Part shown: positions 7,929 through 17,412 of the stretch, piece after piece
Position numbering within the stretch: the first letter of the stretch is position 1
Layout of the letters: each line of letters begins with the position of its first letter
Assembly (NCBI GenBank): GCA_044342325.1
Contig: JBIIPZ010000031.1
Location: 1 to 38,144 of the forward strand
Direction: 5' to 3'
Length of the DNA stretch: 38,144 nucleotides
Source: Terrimicrobiaceae bacterium
Lineage (GTDB): Bacteria; Verrucomicrobiota; Verrucomicrobiia; Chthoniobacterales; Terrimicrobiaceae
Made by a program: the position numbers and the translations under genes
The notes under the pieces: model-generated
Databases searched by the model: none
Told to the model about the DNA's origin: nothing
The model's input: only the letters and a program-made list of their open reading frames with translations

Positions 7929-7981
7929 GGCATGTCAAGCCTTGCAGCGCAAGGCTTGACATGCCTTTTAGTGAAAGGCAT
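7929..7981 (+). promoter_or_regulatory. Perfect 17-bp inverted repeat overlapping TTGACA, plus a probable PadR operator ATGCCTTT-N5-AAAGGCAT
   Basis: ggcatgtcaagccttgc-agc-gcaaggcttgacatgcc at 7929-7965; second palindrome at 7961-7981 just upstream of the padR-family gene. Confidence 0.6.
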
Positions 7982-7992
7982 TGTCGGGTCGC

Positions 7993-8328
7993 ATGAAGAC
8001 AAAAGAGCATCTACTCGATGGCGTGCCCGAACTGCTGGTCCTCCGGCTCCTCGCGCACGAGGAAATGTATGGTTATCAACTTGTGTCCGAGATTCAGCGC
8101 CGATCAAAGGGCGCGTTCGAGTTCGGCGAAGGCTGCATCTACCCGGTGCTGCACCGCTTGGTGGCGCAGCGCATGTTGTTGGAGCGCCAGCAAGAGGTCA
8201 GCGGTCGCACGCGGCGCTACTACCGGCTGAGCGCGACGGGCGGGAAGCGTCTCGCGTTTTTGGAGAACACCTGGCAGCAAGTCTCGGCCACCATTGATGC
8301 CTGTGGACTGGAGGTGCGCCATGCGTGA
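7993..8328 (+). CDS. PadR family transcriptional regulator
   Basis: ELLVLRLL..EEMYGYQLV..I, GEGCIYPVLHRL, GRTRRYYRLSATG. Confidence 0.93.
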   Translation: MKTKEHLLDGVPELLVLRLLAHEEMYGYQLVSEIQRRSKGAFEFGEGCIYPVLHRLVAQRMLLERQQEVSGRTRRYYRLSATGGKRLAFLENTWQQVSATIDACGLEVRHA

Positions 8329-9094
8329 GGAATCCTTTGTTTTCAAAATGCGGGCCGCTTTGCATCGGCAAGGCGTGTGGGGCTCGCGGTCGGCAAGACT
8401 TTTGCAGGAGTGGACAGACCATGTGAGGGAGGATGTCACCCACCGCGTGGAGGAGGGGGCTGATCCAGTGTCCGCCGAGGCCGCAGCCTGGCGGGCGCTT
8501 GGAAGTCCAGACGAACTCGCTGCCCATGCCGCGCGCGAACTCGCAGCGGGAACATGGATTGGGCGCCACCCATGGCTGGCCGGACTGGTGATGCCGGTGC
8601 TCGTTTTCGGGCTGACTCTCGCGACAGTGCTTTTTGGCGGCGCGTGGTTGGGTGGCCTGCTTTCAGGCTCCCAAGCACAGCCGGCCAATCTCGCGCTCCT
8701 GGAGTGGTGGGCGCGAACCTTTAACTGGCTGCCGTGGCTGCTTGCCATGGCATGGCTTGCGTGGGTTGCCGCGCGCATGCCCGGAGGCTGGAAGCTCTTC
8801 TGGATCACTGCAGTCGCTCTCACTCTTTGCTCCACGGCGTTCCAGATGAACATCAAGCCTCCACTCAACGGACCGGGAAGTGGTGAACTTCATGTGCTGC
8901 TGTCCGGGCCCGGCGGATTACTGCTTGGTGGAATAGCCAGATTGTTTGCGGGAGAGGTCATGGGGCCTTGGTCTGGCATTTTCTCAGGAGTGACGCAGTG
9001 GGTTCAGTCGCTGTTGCTTGTGGCCGGTTCGATGTTGGTGAAAATGCTGGCAGGTGCCCGACCCAAGGTTAGAAGCCGAATGCAAGTGTCATGA
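8321..9094 (+). CDS. Membrane protein with an N-terminal HAAS/permease-prefix-like helical domain; likely PadR partner
   Basis: EWTDHVRED...GADPVSAEAAAWRALGSPDELA followed by several hydrophobic segments; overlaps the padR-family stop. Confidence 0.75.
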   Translation: MREESFVFKMRAALHRQGVWGSRSARLLQEWTDHVREDVTHRVEEGADPVSAEAAAWRALGSPDELAAHAARELAAGTWIGRHPWLAGLVMPVLVFGLTLATVLFGGAWLGGLLSGSQAQPANLALLEWWARTFNWLPWLLAMAWLAWVAARMPGGWKLFWITAVALTLCSTAFQMNIKPPLNGPGSGELHVLLSGPGGLLLGGIARLFAGEVMGPWSGIFSGVTQWVQSLLLVAGSMLVKMLAGARPKVRSRMQVS

Positions 9095-9186
9095 TCACAA
9101 TACCCAACCGACCCCCGGCCCTGTGATCATTTGGGAGCGCGCGGCCGTTCAAAGATCAGCAGCGATCCATGAGCAATGGATTTTTT

Positions 9187-9281
9187 AACCACGAGTAGAA
9201 CGAATTTTCACGAGTGGGGAGCGGCTTCGCCGGAGAATTTTATCTTCGGTCTTATTCGTGTTTATTCGCAAATTCGTGGTT
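9187..9281. repeat. Imperfect palindromic element built from about 10-nt periodic cacgaat/attcgtg units
   Basis: Left arm aaccacgagtagaacgaattttcacgagt; right arm attcgtgtttattcgcaaattcgtggtt. Confidence 0.6.
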
Positions 9282-9496
9282 CGAATGCTTAGCTCTTGGA
9301 CATCCAAGCAGGACGGACTCATTTGGTTTCCCAGCGGGTCAGGATGTCTGAACTTGGGTCAATATGGGGTGAATACACCATATGGGGAAATCTTGGGAAT
9401 GCGTATTTCTTTATCGCTGGGACAATCACCCACTGAGCCTCAGCCAGGCTCATGCGCAAGCAGAGACCATGGCGTGACGACAAAGAGGAGCGCCGG

Positions 9497-12400
9497 CTAT
9501 TCCTCTCCGGAGTCGCTAAAGAGGAAGTTGAAATCCTCGAGCGTGAGGGCGCGGGCGAAGTTTTCCTCGCCGAGGATGTCGTTGGCGAGGGCGCCTTTCT
9601 TTTTTTGGAGGAGGCGGATTTTTTCCTCGATCGTGCCTTTGATGATGAGGCGGTAGGCGAAGACGGTTTGTTTTTGGCCGATGCGGTGGGTGCGGTCGAT
9701 CGCTTGGGCTTCGACGGCGGGGTTCCACCATGGATCGAAGAGCACGACATAGCTGGCGGCGGTGAGGTTGAGGCCGGAGCCGCCGGCTTTGAGGCTGATG
9801 AGAAAAACGGCGGAGCCTTCGTGTTTCTGGAAGGAATCCACGAGCGGGCCGCGGTCGTCGGTGGAGCCGGTGAGTTTGAATGTCGTCCAATTTCTGGCCG
9901 CGATCTCGGACTCGATGATTTCAAGCATTTCCACGAACTGGGAGAAGACGAGCACCTTCTGGCCCTCTTCCATGAGGGGCTCTAGGAGTTCGAGAAGCGC
10001 GGAAAGTTTGGCACTGTCCTCGGCGTTGTCGGTGGATTTCTTTTTCTTGGTATCCTCAAGGCCGAGCAAGCGCGGATGGCAGCAAATCTGGCGCAGGCGC
10101 AGGAGGCTGGTGAGGATATTAAACCTCATTTTATCGAGCTGCTTTGAGGTTTCGATTTTGAGCAACTGGGCGCGGGCGCGCTTGATCTCGGCTTTGTAGA
10201 GGGTGGATTGCACGCCTTCGAATTCCACGACGAGATCCTCCTCCACACGGTCGGGCAAATCCCGGGCGACTTCATTTTTCGTGCGGCGCAGCAGGAACGG
10301 CCGGGTGCGTGCGGCGAGGCGGCGGCGTGCGAAGGGATCGTCTTTTTTGTCGAACTGCTTGGTGAAAGCCGTGCGATTTCCAAGGGCGCCAGGCATCGCA
10401 AAGGCGAAGATCGACCAGAGGTCGAGCAGGCGGTTCTCGATCGGGGTTCCGCTGAGCGCGAGACGATATTTCGAAGGGAGAGAGCAGGCGGCTTTTGCGT
10501 TTTGCGAGGTGGGATTTTTGATGGCCTGCGCCTCGTCGAGGATCACCGCTCCCCAAGAGACCGCGCGAAGGGCGTCTTCGTGGGAGCGCAGTTGCGGGTA
10601 GTGGATCACGAGCAGGTCCACCGACCCGTCGAGGCCCGTTTTTCCAGCCGAGGCGCGATTCCAGACATCGACTTTGAGTTCAGGAAAAAACTTGCCGCAC
10701 TCGTTGGCCCAGTTGTCCTGAACGGACTTCGGACAGATCACGAGCACGGGATCGGTGATTTTGCCTTCTTTGCGCAGCCAGGCGATCCAAGAGAGGGCCT
10801 GGAGGGTTTTCCCAAGGCCCATGTCGTCGGCCAGCACGCCGCCAAAATTGTTTGCCGTGAGGTAGGCGAGAAAGTGGAAGCCCTCGAGTTGATAGGGCCG
10901 GAGGGTGGCGGTGATGGCGTCGGGTGCCGGCGGGGTGACGCGCGTCTGGATTTCCTCCACGCGGCGGCGGACCTGGGCGATACGCTCGGCGCCGAGAAGC
11001 GATGTGGTTTTTTTGGTGAGGCCGGAGAGCTGAAGCGCGTGCAGGCGTTGCTTTTCGTTGCTGAAATCGTTCACCGAGAGGCCGAGGTCGGCGAGTTCCT
11101 TGAGTTGTTCCTCGGTGAGTTGGTATTCGAGTTTCCTCCAGCCTTTGCCTTCAAGGCGCACCCATTTGCCCTTGGCTTTGAGCAGGAGGTCGATCTCCGC
11201 TTGGGTGAGCGTGCTGTCATTCACATGCAGGGCCACGCTGAGATCAAACCAGTCGATCCCGTCTTTCGAATCCTCAATGTCGATCTGAACATGGCCGGCG
11301 ACTTTGCCGTCGCGCAGGCTCGCGAGCTGGGCATCCAGTTCCACGACGCAACCCGCTGGGCGCCGATCGAGCCAGGCGATGAATTGGTCCGGCCACTCCT
11401 TGCCGGACATGCGCTGCTCATGCCAGATTTGGTGTCCGGCATGCATAGCCTGCTTGAGGGGAATCGAGCGGAGCCACTCGGCGGCGGGACCCATGGCGGA
11501 TTTGTCGAACTGGATCAGCGCATCAACTGCCAACTTGGGCTGGAAGTCCCAAGAGTTGCGATCCCACCAGTTCGTTCCGCTCCAGACCAAGGGCTTCTCG
11601 TAGCCTTGGAAATCCGTCTGAGCGTTGAGTTGGAAAAAATCCGCCGTGCCTCCGTGGTAGCGATAAATCCTGCACTGGATATTCACCGTGGCCGCGATGC
11701 GCTGAACTTTTTTCTCCATGTGCGATGGCACGGGAATGCGGAGCGTGGCGAGCGCGCCCATGCCCTCGCGGGACTCCATCGCTTGCGCCGGAATCGCGAG
11801 AGGCCACTGCGGGCTTTCCTCTCCAAATGGCCAAACTGCGATGGGGTAGACTGCGGTGCTCGTCACATATTGGAGCGGCCTGCCGGAAAGAATGGCGACG
11901 GGGGGCGGCGGCATCTTGCCGGCTGCGTCTAGAAGCAGGAGAGAGTAATCATTCGCCGTGCCTTCCGGAGCTCTGAGCTCCCAACGCAGGGGCTGGTCGA
12001 AAAACCTCACCGGCTGACCGTCTTCCCCAACGACATGTCTATTGAAGAAATCCTTGCTGGTGCCGAGTTGAGTGAGGCTTTTGGAGAGGCTGGGACGCAT
12101 TCCCCGGATTTCGAGGTTCGAGATGGTTCCGTAGTCATCCTTTCCCGCTTGGAGAACCAGATTGGACCCGAGGCTGAGCAGGGGCGCATTGCGCGATTGA
12201 TAGGATTTCTCGATGAATTGGTTGACGAATTTCATCGAGGTTTTGCCAAATTCCGAGCTGCCGGATTCGCGCGCCTGAATGACTGCCGAGTCGGGCAGGA
12301 GCATAAGGCGGAATTCCACATCCGGCGGGAGGGCGCTCCCTTCGGAATCGTCCCATTTATCGAAGGTGTGCTTCCATTTCCTGACCTCTTTCGCGCGCTT

Positions 12401-13054
12401 CCACCCTTCTTCCAAACGCGCCCATACGGCGGCGTCAACAGCCTCCGAAAGTGGTCCCGGCAGCTTGATTTGTTGGGATTTGCAGGCGGCAGCAAGATAC
12501 GCGAAATACTCTGCAGCGTTGGCCGGGGGATTCTCGACAGGAAAAATTTCGATATCGCCCATGCGCCAGAAAGCCGGGTCTCCGACGGCGTTTTTGAGGT
12601 CGCTGAGATTGATCCGGGGTAATTTTTTCGTCCACCACACCTCCGCGTCTCTTAAAAAGCGCTGAACCGCCCGGGGTAATTTTGCCGGGAGTTTATTGGC
12701 AAGGGCCGCGTAGAGGGTGTCCGAGCCTATATCCATAATTGGGGCCTCCTCGGCGACAGACATTTCCCGCGCCTTCAATAACGTGGCCGCAAGGTGCTTG
12801 CAGAGTCCGTGCACCGGGCAATTGCAGTTTAGCAGAAGTTGTTTTTTTTGAAAAAAGACCTCAGTCGAATAGATCGATCCACCGATTACTTTGGCCAAAA
12901 TTTTTTCGCCTGCGTCATCCCACGATAAATAGCTCACAGCTCCACGCCGGAAGAGGGCTTGTCCCTTTCGGACTTCCTTGGCGCCAAAGGAGCGCACGGC
13001 GTCATCGATTCTTTTGCGTTGCTCGTTGGTGATGAAAAAATCCGCTGAAGCCAT
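9497..13054 (-). CDS. SNF2-family helicase with an N-terminal SWIM zinc finger
   Basis: CNCPVHGLCKH (SWIM), LRPYQ, LADDMGLGKT, ILDEAQ, LSGTPIEN, VFSQF, QAIDRTHRIGQ; start placed at ATG 13054. Confidence 0.95.
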   Translation of the reverse strand: MASADFFITNEQRKRIDDAVRSFGAKEVRKGQALFRRGAVSYLSWDDAGEKILAKVIGGSIYSTEVFFQKKQLLLNCNCPVHGLCKHLAATLLKAREMSVAEEAPIMDIGSDTLYAALANKLPAKLPRAVQRFLRDAEVWWTKKLPRINLSDLKNAVGDPAFWRMGDIEIFPVENPPANAAEYFAYLAAACKSQQIKLPGPLSEAVDAAVWARLEEGWKRAKEVRKWKHTFDKWDDSEGSALPPDVEFRLMLLPDSAVIQARESGSSEFGKTSMKFVNQFIEKSYQSRNAPLLSLGSNLVLQAGKDDYGTISNLEIRGMRPSLSKSLTQLGTSKDFFNRHVVGEDGQPVRFFDQPLRWELRAPEGTANDYSLLLLDAAGKMPPPPVAILSGRPLQYVTSTAVYPIAVWPFGEESPQWPLAIPAQAMESREGMGALATLRIPVPSHMEKKVQRIAATVNIQCRIYRYHGGTADFFQLNAQTDFQGYEKPLVWSGTNWWDRNSWDFQPKLAVDALIQFDKSAMGPAAEWLRSIPLKQAMHAGHQIWHEQRMSGKEWPDQFIAWLDRRPAGCVVELDAQLASLRDGKVAGHVQIDIEDSKDGIDWFDLSVALHVNDSTLTQAEIDLLLKAKGKWVRLEGKGWRKLEYQLTEEQLKELADLGLSVNDFSNEKQRLHALQLSGLTKKTTSLLGAERIAQVRRRVEEIQTRVTPPAPDAITATLRPYQLEGFHFLAYLTANNFGGVLADDMGLGKTLQALSWIAWLRKEGKITDPVLVICPKSVQDNWANECGKFFPELKVDVWNRASAGKTGLDGSVDLLVIHYPQLRSHEDALRAVSWGAVILDEAQAIKNPTSQNAKAACSLPSKYRLALSGTPIENRLLDLWSIFAFAMPGALGNRTAFTKQFDKKDDPFARRRLAARTRPFLLRRTKNEVARDLPDRVEEDLVVEFEGVQSTLYKAEIKRARAQLLKIETSKQLDKMRFNILTSLLRLRQICCHPRLLGLEDTKKKKSTDNAEDSAKLSALLELLEPLMEEGQKVLVFSQFVEMLEIIESEIAARNWTTFKLTGSTDDRGPLVDSFQKHEGSAVFLISLKAGGSGLNLTAASYVVLFDPWWNPAVEAQAIDRTHRIGQKQTVFAYRLIIKGTIEEKIRLLQKKKGALANDILGEENFARALTLEDFNFLFSDSGEE

Positions 13055-13174
13055 GTGTCGTTGGGCAATGATGCTCTTTATTGCGCTAAAAAAACAAGCC
13101 GGCAGGCGCGAGACTTTTTCGCCTTGCCGCTCGACAGGCATGGCTCATCGGGGTAAACCGAAGCCCTGTTATAT

Positions 13175-14356
13175 ATGGAGATTCTGAATTTTCTCATGAA
13201 GCCGGAGCCATTCTTGGTGTGGACCTCTCTGGCGAAAACGCTCGGCCTGCTTGGCCTGATTCTGGGTTTGGTTTCCTACACGGTCTATGCCGAGCGTAAA
13301 ATCTGCGCTTGGATCCAGGACCGCGTCGGACCGAATCGCACCGGTATTCCGCTTACGAAAATCCGGATTCTCGGCCTTGGCCAGCCGATCGCTGATGCGC
13401 TGAAGCTTCTCTTGAAGGAAAATTTCATCCCCCACGAGGTGAACAAATTTTACTACTACATCGCGCCAAAGCTCGCGATGGTGCCTGCGATTCTCGTCTT
13501 GGCGGTATTGCCCTTTGGAAGTTCGCTTTTCGGGGTTCCGATGGTGATTGCGGATATCAATATCGGCGTCCTTTATGTATTCGCCGTTTCCTCGCTGGGC
13601 GTCTACGGCATCGTGCTCGCGGGCTGGGCCTCGAACTCGAAATACCCCTTCCTCGGCGGCATTCGCTCCACTTCGCAGATGATTTCCTACGAGCTGGCGC
13701 TCGGTCTTTCAGTGATCCCGGTTTTTATGCTCTGCGGCACCTTGAACATGCCCGACATCGTGAACTGGCAGCGTGAGAATGGCTGGATGGTCGCTCCCTT
13801 CTGGGCCAAGGGCCTGACTTGGGAAATGCTGCTCTCGGGCGATTTCAAGGCCGTGCTGGACACATTCGTGAACGGCTTTTCCTTGTCCCGCCTGCTCATC
13901 TGGATCCCGATGTTGATTTCGTTCATCATTTTCCTGATCGCGATGTTTGCGGAGACCAACCGCGCGCCGTTCGATCTTCCCGAGGCCGAGCAGGAACTCG
14001 TCGGCGGCTACCACACCGAGTATTCGGGCATGGGTTTCGCGCTCTTCTTCCTCGGTGAATACGCGGCGATGATCGCGGGTTCGGGCGTTATCGTGACACT
14101 CTTTCTGGGTGGCTGGAGCCTGCCGATGATCCCCGATGGCTCGATGCCGGGTCTGCCGGGTGTGATCTTTGGCCTGATCAACATCGGTGTCTTTTTCGCC
14201 AAAGTGAGTGCGCTTTTGGTGCTGTTCATCTGGGTGCGTTGGACGGTTCCCCGTTTCCGCTATGACCAACTGATGAAGCTCGGTTGGTATTTCTTCTTCG
14301 AACTGGCCTTGGTGAACATTTTCATTACAGCCTTCATCTTGGCCTACATCAAATAA
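13175..14356 (+). CDS. nuoH: NADH-quinone oxidoreductase subunit H
   Basis: ERKICAWIQDRVGPNR, QPIADALKLLLKE, GWASNSKY, AETNRAPFDLPEAEQELVGGYHTEYSG, PRFRYDQLM. Confidence 0.97.
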   Translation: MEILNFLMKPEPFLVWTSLAKTLGLLGLILGLVSYTVYAERKICAWIQDRVGPNRTGIPLTKIRILGLGQPIADALKLLLKENFIPHEVNKFYYYIAPKLAMVPAILVLAVLPFGSSLFGVPMVIADINIGVLYVFAVSSLGVYGIVLAGWASNSKYPFLGGIRSTSQMISYELALGLSVIPVFMLCGTLNMPDIVNWQRENGWMVAPFWAKGLTWEMLLSGDFKAVLDTFVNGFSLSRLLIWIPMLISFIIFLIAMFAETNRAPFDLPEAEQELVGGYHTEYSGMGFALFFLGEYAAMIAGSGVIVTLFLGGWSLPMIPDGSMPGLPGVIFGLINIGVFFAKVSALLVLFIWVRWTVPRFRYDQLMKLGWYFFFELALVNIFITAFILAYIK

Positions 14357-14366
14357 CCAGCGCCCG

Positions 14367-15653
14367 GTGCAAATTCTCCGTCCGAAAGACAAAGCCTACC
14401 GGCGCGGCATTGAATCGCTGAAACGCTCCTACGAAGCGGATCCAGCTGTTCGTGCGACTGTGGAAGAAATTCTCGGCGCGGTAGCCAAGGAAGGCGACGA
14501 GGCATTGCTCCGCTACACGAAGAAATTCGGCGGCCCTGATATCGCGCCATACCAAATCCCCGTTACTCCCTTGGAGATTTCCGAGGCTTGTAATTCACTT
14601 CCGGCGGAAACACGCAAGGCGATCGACGCCGCGCGCTCGAATGTGAAGGCGTTTGCCAAGCGCAGCCTGCGCAAGAGTTGGTTTATGAAAAACCGGCAGG
14701 GAGCGATTACCGGTGAACGATTCGACCCCTTCCAAAGAGTCGGCATTTACATTCCCGGTGGCACGGCACCGCTGGTCTCCACCGCTATCATGACCTGCAC
14801 ACTCGCCGAGGCTGCTGGCGTGCCGGAGATCATCGCGGTGACTCCCGCCGGGCCTGATGGCAAGGTGCATCCCGCTTTGCTGGCAGCCCTTTCGCGCTGC
14901 GGCGCGACCGAGATTTATCGCGTCGGCGGAGCGCAAGCGATCGCCGCACTGGCCCATGGCACGAAGACGATTCTTCCCGTGCAGAAAATTTTCGGCCCTG
15001 GCAATTCCTATGTCGTCGAAGCCAAGCGCCAAGTCTTCGGCAAAGTCGCCATCGACCTCTTGCCCGGCCCAAGCGAGGTGCTGGTGATCGCCGACAAGAC
15101 AGCCAAGCCCAATTGGGTCGCGGCCGATCTTTTGGCGCAGGCCGAGCACGGCCACGGCAGCCAAGCGATTCTGGTGACGGATTCCGAAAAAATTCTTACA
15201 GGCGTGGAAAAGGCCGTTGAAAAACAGACGAAGCTTTCCAAGCGTCCCGCCGAACTCGCCAAGGCGCTCAAAAACACCAAACTCATCCTTGTCGAGGACA
15301 TGGAGGACGCCATTCGGATTGCGAACGAATACGCCTCCGAGCATGTCGCCATCGCCACCGAAGCTCCCGGCGAAATTGCCCTCCAACTCCGCACCTCGGG
15401 CGCCATCTTTCTCGGTGGCCTGTCGCCGGTTGTCGGAGGCGACTTTTTGGCGGGGCCGAGTCATGAGCTTCCCACAGGCGGGGCCGGCCGGTCCTTCGCC
15501 GGCCTCACAGCGGACCAGTTCCAGCGCCGCACAAGCATCGTTATGTTTGACGAGGACTCCCTGCGCGCCTCGCTGCCTCATATTGAAACCTTCAGCGCCA
15601 TCGAGGGCCTCGACGCCCACGGCCGCTCCGCTTCCATCCGCCTCAAAAAGTGA
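14367..15653 (+). CDS. hisD: Histidinol dehydrogenase
   Basis: VGIYIPGG, GGAQAIAALA, FGPGNSYV, GPSEV, DLLAQAEH, ASEH, AGPSHELPT, EGLDAH. Confidence 0.97.
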   Translation: MQILRPKDKAYRRGIESLKRSYEADPAVRATVEEILGAVAKEGDEALLRYTKKFGGPDIAPYQIPVTPLEISEACNSLPAETRKAIDAARSNVKAFAKRSLRKSWFMKNRQGAITGERFDPFQRVGIYIPGGTAPLVSTAIMTCTLAEAAGVPEIIAVTPAGPDGKVHPALLAALSRCGATEIYRVGGAQAIAALAHGTKTILPVQKIFGPGNSYVVEAKRQVFGKVAIDLLPGPSEVLVIADKTAKPNWVAADLLAQAEHGHGSQAILVTDSEKILTGVEKAVEKQTKLSKRPAELAKALKNTKLILVEDMEDAIRIANEYASEHVAIATEAPGEIALQLRTSGAIFLGGLSPVVGGDFLAGPSHELPTGGAGRSFAGLTADQFQRRTSIVMFDEDSLRASLPHIETFSAIEGLDAHGRSASIRLKK

Positions 15654-16489
15654 TCTGGAAAATCCGCGATCGCGAAATCGACCTCTCGCGGCGCGCACGG
15701 GTGATGGGCATCATCAACGCCACGCCGGATTCCTTCTCGGATGGCGGTTCGTTTTTGAATCCCCAAGCTGCTTTGGCACACGGTCTACAAATGGTGGCCG
15801 AGGGTGCTGAAATCCTCGATATCGGCGGCGAGTCCACGCGTCCCGGCGCACAGAGCGTCGAAGCGGATGAGGAAATCCGGCGCGTGCTGCCAGTCATCCA
15901 AGCCCTGCGACGGGAGAGCCAGGTTCTGCTATCAATCGATACCTCCAAGGCCGCTGTGGCCCGGGCGGCGTTGGATGCCGGAGCGGATATCATCAACGAT
16001 GTCACCGGTCTGCGCGGCGACCCCGAAATGCCGGCGCTCGCGGCATCTACCAGCGCGGGAGTGGTCATCATGCACATGCAGGGCCAACCGCGCACGATGC
16101 AACTCGCGCCGACATACGATGATGTCGTCGAGGAAGTGGGGAATTTTTTTCGACAGGCCCTCGAGCGCTCGGTAGCTTGCGGCATCGACCCGATGCGCAT
16201 TGCACTCGACCCAGGAATTGGATTTGGAAAAACGCCCGAGCACAATCGCAGGCTGCTGGCGGAGCTTTCGGCGTTCCTTGAGTTTGGGCGTCCGCTCCTC
16301 GTCGGAGCCTCCCGCAAATCCTTTCTTGGCTGGCTTGCGGGATCATCTGCGATGGATGACCGCTTCTGGCCAGGTGTCGCTCTCACCTCGCTCTGCCGCG
16401 AGCGCGGAGCCCGCATCCTGCGCGTCCACGATGTCAACCCCCACACGGAGGCGCTTCGGATGACCGAAGCGATATTGGGCGATGTTTGA
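15650..16489 (+). CDS. folP: Dihydropteroate synthase
   Basis: MGIINATPDSFSDGG, DIGGESTRPGA, SIDT, DPGIGFGK, SRKSF, RVHDV. Confidence 0.97.
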   Translation: MIWKIRDREIDLSRRARVMGIINATPDSFSDGGSFLNPQAALAHGLQMVAEGAEILDIGGESTRPGAQSVEADEEIRRVLPVIQALRRESQVLLSIDTSKAAVARAALDAGADIINDVTGLRGDPEMPALAASTSAGVVIMHMQGQPRTMQLAPTYDDVVEEVGNFFRQALERSVACGIDPMRIALDPGIGFGKTPEHNRRLLAELSAFLEFGRPLLVGASRKSFLGWLAGSSAMDDRFWPGVALTSLCRERGARILRVHDVNPHTEALRMTEAILGDV

Positions 16490-17357
16490 GCAGGCCGTCG
16501 CCTTTCTTCAGGAGCAGTGGACCTCCGGTATCGAGATCGTAATTCTCGCGGCGGTCATCTACTACATTTACCTCTACTTGCGAGGAACCCACGGGGCGCG
16601 GATTCTGCTCGGTCTGGCCCTTGTTTTTCTCACCCTCACGCTGGTGTCCCAGTTGCTGAACCTGGAGGTCATCGGCTGGCTTTTGCGGAGCATTTCCGTC
16701 TTTCTGGCCATTGCGCTGGTCGTCATTTTCCAGCCTGAATTGCGCCGCGCTCTCACGGAACTCGGCAGCCACCGTTTTTTTACATCAGCCTCCCAGGAGT
16801 CCGAGACTATCGAGCTCATCACGGATGCAATCTTCGAGCTTTCCAGCAAAGGCTTTGGCGCTCTGATCGCGATCGAACGCGAAATCAGTCTCAAAACCAT
16901 CGTGGAAACCGGTGTCGCGCTGGACGCAAAGTTTTCAAAAGAACTCGCTCTCACTGTTTTTCATCCCAAGACCGTTCTGCACGATGGCGGCATGATCGTC
17001 AGTGGCGACCGCATCGTGGCGGCGGCGTGTATTTTTCCCCTCTCCCAGCGCGAGGATCTCGACCGCAACCTCGGCCTGCGCCACCGCGCGGGGCTTGGTC
17101 TGGGTGACGAATCGGATGCCGTTTCGCTCGTGGTCTCGGAGGAAACCGGTCAGGTTTCCATTTGTCATGGCGGCAAAATCGAACGAAATCTGAGTGTGGA
17201 AAAATTCCGCCAGCGGCTCAGCCAGCTTCTCTTAGACGAAAAGTATGAAAGCGATCCTTCTCAACAATTGGAAAATCAAACTCACAAGCCTTCTTCTGGC
17301 CTTCGCCCTTTGGTTTCTCATCAAGCAGAACGTCAGTCGGAATCCCGTCCGGCTTGA
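16482..17357 (+). CDS. cdaA: Membrane-bound diadenylate cyclase CdaA/DacA
   Basis: Three N-terminal TM helices, FQPELRRAL, GALIAIER, LHDGG, GLRHRA, VSEETG; lies upstream of glmM. Confidence 0.95.
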   Translation: MFEQAVAFLQEQWTSGIEIVILAAVIYYIYLYLRGTHGARILLGLALVFLTLTLVSQLLNLEVIGWLLRSISVFLAIALVVIFQPELRRALTELGSHRFFTSASQESETIELITDAIFELSSKGFGALIAIEREISLKTIVETGVALDAKFSKELALTVFHPKTVLHDGGMIVSGDRIVAAACIFPLSQREDLDRNLGLRHRAGLGLGDESDAVSLVVSEETGQVSICHGGKIERNLSVEKFRQRLSQLLLDEKYESDPSQQLENQTHKPSSGLRPLVSHQAERQSESRPA

Positions 17358-17391
17358 CCTCCTGAAGCCCTCCACCGCACAGCTTCAGTAA
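17245..17391 (+). CDS. 48-aa single-TM protein resembling the CdaR/YbbR membrane anchor (absent from the ORF track)
   Basis: MKAILLNNWKIKLTSLLLAFALWFLIKQNVSRNPVRLDLLKPSTAQLQ; occupies the cdaR position between cdaA and glmM. Confidence 0.7.
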   Translation: MKAILLNNWKIKLTSLLLAFALWFLIKQNVSRNPVRLDLLKPSTAQLQ

Positions 17392-17412
17392 CCGGAAAAC
17401 CACATCACCAAA

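Noticed and set aside
9370..9420. Minus-strand IKKYAFPRFPHMVY resembling a RelE/ParE toxin fragment
   Set aside because: Too short, with no intact ORF or antitoxin
1166..13054. Druantia defence system (DUF4338 plus helicase)
   Set aside because: DUF4338 is truncated and IS-linked; the helicase is a SWIM-SNF2 protein 8 kb away, not DruE-like
16977..16991. DGG instead of DGA in the CdaA catalytic motif
   Set aside because: The catalytic Asp and the RHR motif are retained; a conservative change with no evidence of inactivity
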